A DNA stretch of 64,000 nt, from the IMG/VR virus record IMGVR_UViG_3300044617_002446, positions 1 to 64,000 of that record; one strand, given 5' to 3'. This document shows, one piece after another, positions 1-9,900 of this stretch. The stretch is from a virus. Each line of letters starts with the position of its first letter. The stretch's first letter is position 1. The notes beneath the pieces are model-generated. The model was not told the origin of the DNA. It saw nothing but the letters and a program-made list of their open reading frames with translations, and searched no databases. Both the position numbers and the translations under genes were made by a program.

Positions 1-107
1 TTCGCGGGAAGTTCTTTGACGTATTTTTGAATCCCTAGTAGCTCTGTTAAATCTTCACCTTCATTCAATGCTATTATTTTATCTGTATTATATAATTTTA
101 GTTTCAC
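1..107 (-). CDS. RNA ligase (DRB0094/Rnl2-like), C-terminal part; runs off the window start
   Basis: Not in the ORF track. A GTG at 107-105 overlaps the TGA of the endonuclease (GTGA). The frame reads MKLKLYNTDKIIALNEGEDLTELLGIQKYVKELPA; EGEDLTELLGIQKY matches the segment that follows the N-terminal domain in DRB0094-type ligases. Confidence 0.75.
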   Translation of the reverse strand, partial: MKLKLYNTDKIIALNEGEDLTELLGIQKYVKELPA

Positions 108-955
108 TTTTTTATTCTTGCTCCATTCTTTGTTAATCCTATAGAATTCGTATATTCAGATATAGAAATACCATAAAAATCTTTAAATCGTTTAGATATT
201 GTTTGATAATTGGACGATACTATTTTTTTTATATCTTTTATCATTTTTCCTTCGTCTATTAACTTTTTAATATAAGTAGCATCTATGTTTCTAAAACAAG
301 GATGGTTTTTACCTGAAAACCTTTTACTTATTTCTTTTTTGATTTTTATCGCCTTTTCTTCGCCAAATATTTCTTCATAACTTTTTCCTATTTTAGAGTC
401 ACTAATTTTTTTTCTAGCCTCTTTAGTATGTGTTTTACCGTACATTCCATGGGTTTTACCAGATAAAAATGTCGGCTTTAAATATGGTAATTCTCCACTT
501 TTGTATCTTTCTTTATAAAGAGCAGAAATATATTTTTTTTGTTCCTCTGGAATAACTTTTCCTTTATGTGCTTCTGATAATTTTCTTTTATGCTCTTCTG
601 TTTTTTTTCTCCCTTTTTGTATTTTAGAAAGTTTTTTTATTGTTTCATCGGAAAAAACAGTAGTTTCTCCACCATATGTTAAATTATAACCGAATTTTCT
701 GTCTACTGTTTTATAAAAGTTTATCCAAAATTTTTCTTTTTCTAAAATTTCTTTTAATGAATCGGATTTATCTATGATCTCGAATATAAAATTTTGAGAA
801 CCATATTTATTCCAAGCTTTTTGTAAATGTGTATTGATATGTTTTGAACATTTTAATTCAGAAAAATGTCTTTTTTTTCTTCTATGTGGATTATTTGTTT
901 GCCCTATGTATTTTTTTTTATTAATTTTATTTTCAATCTTATATATAACGTGCAT
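104..955 (-). mobile_element. Free-standing GIY-YIG homing endonuclease with NUMOD3 repeats
   Basis: N-terminal VIYKIENKINKKKYIGQT..RRKKRH..E..GYN, plus NUMOD3-type segments (HKRKLSEAHKGK, MYGKTHTKEARKKISDSKIGK). Confidence 0.92.
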
Positions 956-967
956 AATAATAACATT

Positions 968-972
968 TACAC
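968..972 (-). promoter_or_regulatory. GTGTA motif, putative late promoter of the endonuclease
   Basis: GTGTAAAT lies 12 nt before the ATG at 955; the motif recurs at 9-11 nt spacing before four other genes. Confidence 0.6.
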
Positions 973-987
973 GTAGTTTTATATTTT

Positions 988-1299
988 TTACTCTTCTATA
1001 ATGGTGCCATATTCTTGTAACACGCTTAAGGGTAAAATTAATCCAGCCGAAAATTCCCCTCTTAACTTAATATTTTTAATTCTAATTGGCTTTTCTGGAT
1101 TTTTTTGATCTACTAAAAATTCCGACCAATTGCACTTTGGTACTATTGTATCAATTGTAATAAAAACAACTTTGTCGCCATCTTTATATAAACCCTTTTT
1201 TACAACAACTTGCCACCCGAGAACTTCACTAATCTCTAAAGAATCAGCGTTGCTGTGATTTTTTATATTTTTAATAATTTCTATTGATGCAAGTTTCAT
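988..1299 (-). CDS. RNA ligase (DRB0094-like), N-terminal OB-type domain
   Basis: MKLASIEIIKNIKNHSNADSLE..VLGWQVVVKKGLYKDGDKVVFITIDTIVP..RIKNIKLRGEFSAGLILPL is the typical N-terminus of this family; the ORF stops after 103 aa. Confidence 0.85.
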   Translation of the reverse strand: MKLASIEIIKNIKNHSNADSLEISEVLGWQVVVKKGLYKDGDKVVFITIDTIVPKCNWSEFLVDQKNPEKPIRIKNIKLRGEFSAGLILPLSVLQEYGTIIEE

Positions 1300-1376
1300 T
1301 AGAATGAAAATTAATTTTTATTGTTAAGTTAATCTATTTGGATTTTGAAAAATTTGAAAAATAGAAGTTTGAGTTT

Positions 1377-1586
1377 CTAAATTAAATTCAGATAACTTTG
1401 ATGCAATTTTTCCGCTTGAGTCTTTAAATCAGATAAATCTAGTAAAAGTTTTTTAGATTCTTCTGGTTGTTTTTCGTAAATATCAAGAACAGAATCCTGC
1501 ATCGATATTATCGAATTTATAATATCATTTATTTCCTCTAGCTCAAGAAAAGAATTGTTTACCATAGAGTTCATATAGAAAATCAA
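1377..1586 (-). CDS. Hypothetical protein (helical)
   Basis: Tightly packed with its neighbours; the start may be the ATG at 1574. Confidence 0.6.
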   Translation of the reverse strand: MIFYMNSMVNNSFLELEEINDIINSIISMQDSVLDIYEKQPEESKKLLLDLSDLKTQAEKLHQSYLNLI

Positions 1587-1588
1587 TA

Positions 1589-1825
1589 TTATTGATTATC
1601 TTCATCTTGGTCGAACTGCTTTTTAATTTTATTTTTTCTTTGCCGTTCTGTTTTTATTTGCTTCTTTTGATCCTCTGAAAGGATACCAAGAATTTCTTCG
1701 CGCCAAGAGCGCTTCGACTCTTTATTTGAAAGAGTTGGTTGACCTTTTTCTGCGGTTTTTTTTAGGAGGAGCCTAATTTCCTGCATGATTGGCGACTTAT
1801 TTGATTTCCATGTTGCTAGGTTCAT
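1589..1825 (-). CDS. Hypothetical basic protein
   Basis: 78-aa ORF with an ATG start, co-oriented with neighbours. Confidence 0.65.
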   Translation of the reverse strand: MNLATWKSNKSPIMQEIRLLLKKTAEKGQPTLSNKESKRSWREEILGILSEDQKKQIKTERQRKNKIKKQFDQDEDNQ

Positions 1826-1873
1826 ATTGTATATGAATAATATATTTTTTACATTAAATCAAGATTTTTTTAC

Positions 1874-1907
1874 AAAAAAAAACTTTACCAAAAATGGTAA
1901 AGTTTTT
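1874..1907 (-). terminator. Intrinsic terminator, possibly bidirectional
   Basis: Perfect stem AACTTTACCA-AAAA-TGGTAAAGTT (1881-1904) flanked by A and T tracts, just downstream of 1928..2497. Confidence 0.8.
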
Positions 1908-1927
1908 AATTTTAAATTTTAATTTTT

Positions 1928-2497
1928 TTAAAAATTAAATTTTACAAGCGCATAACCTTCGGCATCTACAGAACTAAGGAAGTGACCGATTACAACATAT
2001 CCATCGGTCGCAAAAGATCCATTATCGCCAACATATACGGCATCGCCTGGATCGGGAAGTCCACCGAGTCCTGGTCCGGTGTGATCGTTTGTATCGATTT
2101 CATTAATCAATACAACACCTCTTGTTAAAATAGGAACAGCTTGATGAGGGAGAACAAGATCTCTCTCGGCTGCCATTCTTGGTTCATAAATTAAAGGTGT
2201 TCCATTCTCATCAAATTCTGCGACGGTTTTTAGAAGAATTCCAATCGGTCTGATTGCATCATCCCAGTTTTCAACTTTTGAAACTTTTCCGACTGTGCTA
2301 AATAAAGAGGAAACAGTATTGTCAATAAATGACAAATCTGAAAAATTAGAAATATTGCCAGAGCCATCTTTGTAATTATTTGTAATTTTTACAATTGTTC
2401 CAGCTGAAACCGGAACGCCTGCTACGGCGTCGTAAGAAAAAAGCCCGTTAATAACGTCGTGTTCGCTGTATTGTCTATATGGTTTTAATTTAATCAT
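1928..2497 (-). CDS. Capsid decoration/cement-like protein
   Basis: LKPYRQYSEHDVIN..PIGILL..DENG.PL..QAVPILTRG..GDAVY..IGHFLS..ALVK fits the beta-tulip head decoration pattern. It has an upstream GTGTA motif (2541-2545) and a downstream terminator. Confidence 0.6.
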   Translation of the reverse strand: MIKLKPYRQYSEHDVINGLFSYDAVAGVPVSAGTIVKITNNYKDGSGNISNFSDLSFIDNTVSSLFSTVGKVSKVENWDDAIRPIGILLKTVAEFDENGTPLIYEPRMAAERDLVLPHQAVPILTRGVVLINEIDTNDHTGPGLGGLPDPGDAVYVGDNGSFATDGYVVIGHFLSSVDAEGYALVKFNF

Positions 2498-2572
2498 AAT
2501 TAATTGTTTGTTTGTTTAAAAATATTACCTATATTGATAATACACATGTATATTGTATCATGGGAATAGTTT

Positions 2573-3922
2573 TTAAGCTTTTTCTCCTAAAAATTTTTCG
2601 TTAGTATAGATTGTATGTGCATTATCATTACTAACCCAATTTACTTCGCATTTAAAGCATGAATCTTCTTTTTTTTCTCTATCTCTTTCTATTTTTGCGT
2701 TTGTTTCTACATCTGCTTTGTATCTCAAATGAGAGATTGCTTTTAAAGCTATTTTTTCTTGAACTCCTGGGATGCTTGGTATAACAAATTGATCATATGG
2801 AACCTTGAAGGCATCTTTTACTGCCGTGGCAGCTTTTTGAGCTTCTTTTTGAAAAAGTTGATTTATTGTTTTTGCCACAATATCAGAGCCAGTAGATATT
2901 TGCTGAAGGTGTTTTCCTTTATGTTCTCCGTCAATTATAGCTGTAGTTGGAAAAGTTTCTAGTATTCGCCCTGCGCCATTTCTTAGATAACTCCTAAAGT
3001 CATTAATTCTTTCTTTAGAGTATTGAAACGGGTCAGGAATTTCAAAGCCCATTTGTTGTATACATTTTGAAACGCTTTCGGCAGGGTATTCTGTTTCAGA
3101 TGCATCAAAATTATCTTCAGCTAATGTAGAAAGATCTCGTTGTATCCTTCTGTGTTTTAAATATTTACATGTTATGTCCATTTCGTATACATAAGCTCCG
3201 CCTGTTGACAGGTTGCGCAAATTTTGACTGATTTTAATAATTGAAGACGACATCTGTGGATGCTTAATTCTATTTATATCTTCTTCTGTTACTTTTGTAT
3301 TATTTGAAGAAGGACCGCCTGAACTATAAAAAAGATCGCCTTTTATTTCAAATTCAAAATCAAATTCATAGGTTATTCTCGCGTCAACTTTTCCTAAAAC
3401 GAAGTATTTGCTTTGTCTCATTTCCCAAGATAATTCTGGGCAACATTTCTTAAGATTTGCTTCGCATTCGTTTATTGTTAAACATTCAACTTCTTCATAA
3501 GTTACATCTACTGTAGACTCTGGATTGCCTATGCCGCAATCTTCGAATTGATAAACATATGTCCATTCAAATCCATTTTTTTTAAGATCGTTGAAAATAG
3601 TGATTTCTTTGGGCTGCGCTGATTGTTTTATATCTTTAAATGACCAGCCTTCTGGAAGCTTTCTTATTTTTTTTGCTCCAACCACTCTATAACAATAACC
3701 AAATGGATCATTTGCAGGGTAACTGGGGCAGGTTGTAGTACTTTCTCCTTCAAGTGCATCTTCTAAGTTGAAAGATGGCTCATAACTAATAAAACCATAA
3801 TTTTTTTCAGAAGTACCGTCTTCTTTTTCTTTTATATTATGTGTAGTTAAACAAGTTTTTGTTTCATTTGAAGGAAACGGTTGTATTGTAAAATTTTTAA
3901 CTTTTAATTTATTTTTATTCAT
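2573..3922 (-). CDS. Hypothetical protein, probably virion-associated
   Basis: 449-aa ORF among structural genes, with several Cys clusters. Confidence 0.6.
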   Translation of the reverse strand: MNKNKLKVKNFTIQPFPSNETKTCLTTHNIKEKEDGTSEKNYGFISYEPSFNLEDALEGESTTTCPSYPANDPFGYCYRVVGAKKIRKLPEGWSFKDIKQSAQPKEITIFNDLKKNGFEWTYVYQFEDCGIGNPESTVDVTYEEVECLTINECEANLKKCCPELSWEMRQSKYFVLGKVDARITYEFDFEFEIKGDLFYSSGGPSSNNTKVTEEDINRIKHPQMSSSIIKISQNLRNLSTGGAYVYEMDITCKYLKHRRIQRDLSTLAEDNFDASETEYPAESVSKCIQQMGFEIPDPFQYSKERINDFRSYLRNGAGRILETFPTTAIIDGEHKGKHLQQISTGSDIVAKTINQLFQKEAQKAATAVKDAFKVPYDQFVIPSIPGVQEKIALKAISHLRYKADVETNAKIERDREKKEDSCFKCEVNWVSNDNAHTIYTNEKFLGEKA

Positions 3923-3945
3923 TTTTAAAATTAATATATTAGATA

Positions 3946-6900
3946 TTACGGCTGATATGTTATATATAATGTATTTACACTGCTTGTTACAAATTGCCCT
4001 GTACTTCCAATTACTGGTGGCATTGTATAGTTTGGCGTATAATTTATTCCAGTGTAACCGTTAATTATTGTACCTGTTCCACCGTTATTTGAATAGGTGA
4101 CATTAAATACCCCAGAAATTGGAGTAGTTGAATTTGCAGTTATTGATTTTTCAGATATATTTGATATTAAAAGTTGTTGATTTCCAATTTTAAATGAAGA
4201 ATTATAATTGACATTTTCTCCTGGTAAGGTGAACCTTGATCCAGTAATGATGAATGTTAAATTTGCATTTGCAGGGCCAACAGTTGGATATATAGATTGT
4301 ATAATTGGGGCGCCAAGATATGCATATTGATAAGAAAGAGCAGGAAGTCCTCCGCCGCTAACAGTTGCGGTTATTTTTCCAATTGTTGAATTTGGTGGAA
4401 CAATTCCTTCTATTGCTGTTTCAGAAATAGATGTTAATGTTGCTGTTCCCGTTCCAAATTTTACAACTGAGTTTGTAGGTATATCTGAGCCAATTATTGT
4501 AAATTTATTTCCTCCGGCAAGTGGACCAGCGTTCGGGCTAAATGAGGTTATACTCATGTTTCCAATATATCTATATCCACCGTTTAATGTAAATGAGCCT
4601 CCGCTATGATTGACGGTAACGTTTTTAAATCCAGGGGTTGATGCTGGGGCTATAACTCTTAATCTAGTATTTGACGAAGAAATATGTTGCGCTTTTATTC
4701 CACCTATGAAAACTTCAGCTAATGAAGCGTATGGTATGACGTGCAATCCTGATCCACTTATATCAACAAAGTTTCCTCCTGCTGTTGTACCTACAGATGG
4801 TGACAGACTTGTTATAACGGGTCTCTCCAAATACATGATTGTATTTGTTCCTGTGCCGCCAGCATTTGAAACCTCTATAGTTTTTAGTCCAGCAGTATTT
4901 GAAGGAGTTATAAATGATATATTGTCATTTGTAGATGAAATTATTGGGACACTTATTCCTCCTACTTTTAAAGAAGGTTGGCAGTAAAAATTTCCGCCAT
5001 ATATTGTTATATTTTGTCCGCCATTTTGATTTGACCAACTTGGGTTTACTGAATCAATTCTAGGTCTTGCTGCATATATGATATAAGAAGATGGTGTTCT
5101 TTCGGTTCCGGCTTCGGTTTCTATATAAAAATTATAGTATCCTGCAGAATTTGAAGCCGATACATTGGCTATTAATTCTGTTTCGCTGGCATTTATATTA
5201 GATATTGATATATTTGATCCTCCAATATTTAATCTTGTTAAATTAGAATTTAACAAATTTTGACCTGATACAATAATTTGTTGAGTTGTTCCGGTTCTTA
5301 TGCATGAAGGATTAACGCTGGTTATGATTGGCGCATTGGCGTATCTATAGCCATTGTTTAATACTGAAGTTGTATTATATCCGCTTATTGTCACATTTTT
5401 ACGTCCGACGCTTATTCCACTTGGTGTTTTACCAGAAATCAGACTTGAAGAAATTAATATAGGATTTATTATTTCTTTTCCGTCTATGAATGCTTTTGTA
5501 TTTTCATCAAAATTAAAACCAGAAATGTTTACATTTTGTGTTCCGTGTAATATTCCTGTAGACGGTTTTATGGAAGAAATTGTTGGTGCAAAAACATATC
5601 TAAAAGCATTGTTTAGTTCGGTACTATATTGGTCGAATGTTTCTACTTTTATTTTTCTAAACCCGGTTACTGCTGATGTTGGTAGGGTTGCGTCTATGGA
5701 AGTTTCAGATATATTCGAAGGTGTTAAGGCTACATAATTTAATGCAGCGTTTTCCATAAAAAGTTTTGTATGTCCACTTACAAAGTTGGATCCTGTTATT
5801 TTTATATTATTTTGCAATGAAGCTAAGCCTGCTGATGGTGAAACGCTTAATATATTAGGCTGCCCAAATATTCTTATTTGACGTCCGGTGTTTCCTCCTG
5901 CAGCAGAAACAAAAAGTGTATATTCACCAGCTTCATTTACCTTTGGTATAGTGCAATTTATAGAATTATTTGTTGAACTTAAAATAGCAAGTTGCGTTTG
6001 GGAGTTGTTGCGATTTATTGTTACTTTAAGCGGGTTATTAAATTGAGATCCATTTATTGTTATATTTCCTCCATTTGGACCAAATTTATCAGGATTGATA
6101 GATGTTATAATTGGTGGATTAAGGTAATTGATTTGACCAACGATTCTAGTCCCACTAGCATTTGTAATGCTGATATTTCTAGATCCTAATGTATTGAAAG
6201 AAGGCGTTTCAAAAAATAAAATATTATCTGATGGCACATAAAAATTTGAAGCTGTTACAGAGTCTACTGTTAAGTTTTTTATTGTTGAAAAACCTGAACC
6301 AGAAATCTTTATTGAAGTGGTTGCTCCAAGGTTAGAATAGTTTGGTTCTATTTTTGACGCAACGGGAGGATAATGTATAACCTCAACCCTAGCTCTAAAA
6401 AATACACTGCCTACTTTTGGAACAGAAAATGTATATGTTTTTCCGTCTCCGGTTATTGTGGACATTCTTGTCCAGTTGATAAGGTTTCCGCTTTCTACTA
6501 TATAGCGCCTATCTTTTGTAGTTGGAACAAAAAAGTCGAAGGTGCTTGGAGACGAATTGTAAGATATAAAATATCTCGAAGAAGATGAGGTTGGATCGGT
6601 TTTAAATACAAACTCTCTTATATTGTTTTGTCCGTCGTTATCAGAATCTACTACATGGTGATTAATTGAAGATTTAAAATTTGGATTTACTGATCCAGTG
6701 GTATATATAATTTGCGGTTGTTGATAGCTCCAATTTTTACCCCATGGAGTAGGAACGCCTTCTCCACCGCCATAACATTCAATAAATGTTAAACCGCCAA
6801 TTGGGGGATACGTTGCGCCGATTGGCACTATTGATGTTTTTGGAGCAAGCGTCAAAATGCACCTGCCGTCTCTACATTCTATTCTATTTTGTCCAGCAGA

Positions 6901-9900
6901 ACCTGCTTGTATTCCGCTTTCTAGATATATAGAATGTGTTGATGTTGATTGAGATGGAGAGCTATAATATATTGCGTTTGGAGAGCTGTATGTATTTCCA
7001 GCAGCAGTCCATCCTGTTATTGTAAATGTATCAAAATTTAAATTTTGTGGAAAATATAAATTATCCCAAGAGTCCGGAATATTATCTTGATTTAGGTCGA
7101 TTGACCTTGGATATACTGGCGGCTGTTGTGGAGTTGGGGCGCTTACTGCCGACTGTGGGGTTATAAATATTGAACCAACAAGATCGGGTATATCTATTAT
7201 TGAAAATGCATTTTTTAAAGTAGAAACGCCAAGTTTGTTTTCTATTGTTATATCATAATTTCCAATTTCTAAATTTGTTGGTGCATCAAATGTAAGAGTC
7301 TCTTGTGACGTGCCTCCATATGGCGGTGTGCCACCAAATAAGGACGAGTCAAATTGAGCAACTTTTGTACTATTTAAAAATACTTCAGATATTCCTATAG
7401 TCTTTCTAAAAAAGCCAGAAACTGTGATTCTGTATCCGCCTGTGTAAACACCACTAGCTGTTAAAGAATAATTATTGGGACCAAACATTTTTGGATTTGT
7501 TGAGCCATTGTTTGATATTGCGGCAACGGCTTTTATGCTTGGTGGAATAAATGGCATTATAGATACGGGCAATTCATTTACAATTGTTTCTATTCCTGAA
7601 TTGATTTGTATTACGTCTGAATATTCAGAATTTGTTCGCTGATTTATATATCTTTGATTTGAAAGGTCTGTGTAAAAAATTCCATTGTCATATTCTGTAG
7701 AATCAACAACATTTTCTATTGAAAGAGACCCAGATGAACCAACTGAATTTGGATTTGAAGTGTAATTTCCAAGATAATTAAATGGATCATTAAATTTTAT
7801 CCAGGAAAATAAAAATTCACCAGTATTTGGAGAAAGAACCCATGAACTTGGAATATTAGAACGTGAATTTATTGTTTGTTGACTGGTTGAATTTTCTGCA
7901 TATTTTAAATAATCTCCTCTAAAAATATTAGCCCAACCATATTTGGTTTTCAAAAACGTAAACGGACTTCTGTCCATTGAGCCGGAAAGTGTTATTGCGT
8001 TTATTCCGTCTCCGCTAATTATATTTTTGGAATTTGTTCCTATGCTTTCTGTGTTTACTTGTACAAGGGTGCCTATTTTTGCATTATTTGGTAGATTTAA
8101 TTGAAGAGTGTTAGATGTGCCGGGATTAGCCATCGTAACAATGTTTTTTTTGCAAAAATTAAGAGTTTCTAAGTTAGAAAAAATTGCACCATAATTGTGG
8201 CGAATTTTATTCCAATCGTCATTTAAAAAATTGTTGTTTGTGGAGCCGTCGTGATACCATAATTTAAAGCCCATATCTTCTGTTGTGAAAACTGGATTTG
8301 AATTATAATATTCAAGTGTATTTATAAATTTAGCACCGGAAAGTGCTGAATTAGACAATACTCCAGAAACAACAGGTGTTCCGCTATATCCTGAAAATGT
8401 TTCAATTGTTCCAGTATAAGGGGCTAAAGTTCCGCTTTCAAATGCGTCAAAATTTCCGGTTCTATAAATAAAATTAAAAGGATAGCTTTCATTATAAAAG
8501 TCTTGATTGTCACCAGTAAAGCTTTTTCCGCCTGAAACATCTAATGGATGAGCAAAGTGAATTCCTGATGCGTATGAGAATAATGGATAAAATTTTAGTA
8601 ATCCACTATTTATTATTGATTTAAACGCTGTATCGTTTTTTATTGAGAAGAAGTTTGCAAAGCCGCTTAATGAAAAAGAATTTATTAAATTTGTTGATTT
8701 TTGATCAAAAGATTGATTTTCAGATGGTGAAGAAAACGTTCCGGAAAGTCCTGTCTTTATTGTCTTGGCTACGCCAGACATAAATCTTGCTTTTTCGTTA
8801 AAAAGTGAATTTACATATGCTTCTTCGCCTTCAAAATCATAATTATAGTCGCCACTGTAATAAACTTGCTGTATTGTCGTGTATATCGGCGTAATATTTG
8901 TTAAAACCGTATTTTTTGCAATTAGTTCATATTTTTGGTAGGGTATTTTGGCTACTGCGCCACTTGGATTTTGTTCCTGTATTGTTAGCTTTACTCCGTT
9001 TATTTTTGCATTTATAGGAGATTTTAATGCGCCACCCTGTTCGTCTGGAATTTCATCATATGGGTTCCAAGTTAATCCACTTATTATAACAGAATCAATG
9101 GGTACTGGACCGTATAATGTAAAGTTATCTTGATATATAGAGCCGAATTGTGGCTCCATTAAATAATCTAATCCAGATGCGTATACTGTTCCGCCTTCGC
9201 CTTGTAGTTTTATTGATTTTAATCCAGCTGGGTAATTTGGTTGAACGCAAGAGCCCATATATTCACCCAAGCACCCGCCGGATCCAGGAGCTGTTAAAAA
9301 TGTAAGTTTATTGTTAGAAACATATTTTACATTTAGCATTTCGCGCCAATCAAAATACCCTTGTTGAATAAAAACTCGAGCGCCAGATAAGCCCTTTCCT
9401 TCGATTGTTACAAATTGACCGCCTCCGGATGGTGAATAGTTTGGATATATTTTTTCTAGAAGAGGTCTATTTGAGAAAAAGATAGCGTTTTCTAGTGTTC
9501 CGGTTTGTCCAAAAGAAACAACTTGTACATTAGCGCTTCCGGTTATTCCTGTGGGGTAAATTAAATCTATAACGCTACCATAATCTCCATAATTACTAAA
9601 ACTATTAATATTTACATTTTGTCCATTTATTCTTACAGCGGGTGATGAGCCAAAGTTTTTTCCGTAAATTTGACCATATGTTCTATTTACATAAAAAGAA
9701 GAAGAGTCATTGAATGGGTATACGTATTGAATATCAAGACTGGGTGCCGTTGATGGATTTACTCCATTGACAATTGGACTTGGTTGAGTATATGATGCTT
9801 GAACTGCTGTTTGCGTTGATTGGCTTTCTGCAATAGATTGAAACTCCACATTTACAGTTCCTGCGCCAGAAATAACCGGAGGTACAATTAATTCTCCGGA

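Noticed and set aside
104-987. Group I intron or intein around the GIY-YIG gene
   Set aside because: There are only 32 nt upstream and no spacer downstream, no intron core elements are recognisable, and in-frame stops exclude an intein. A core hidden inside the ORF cannot be fully excluded without Infernal.
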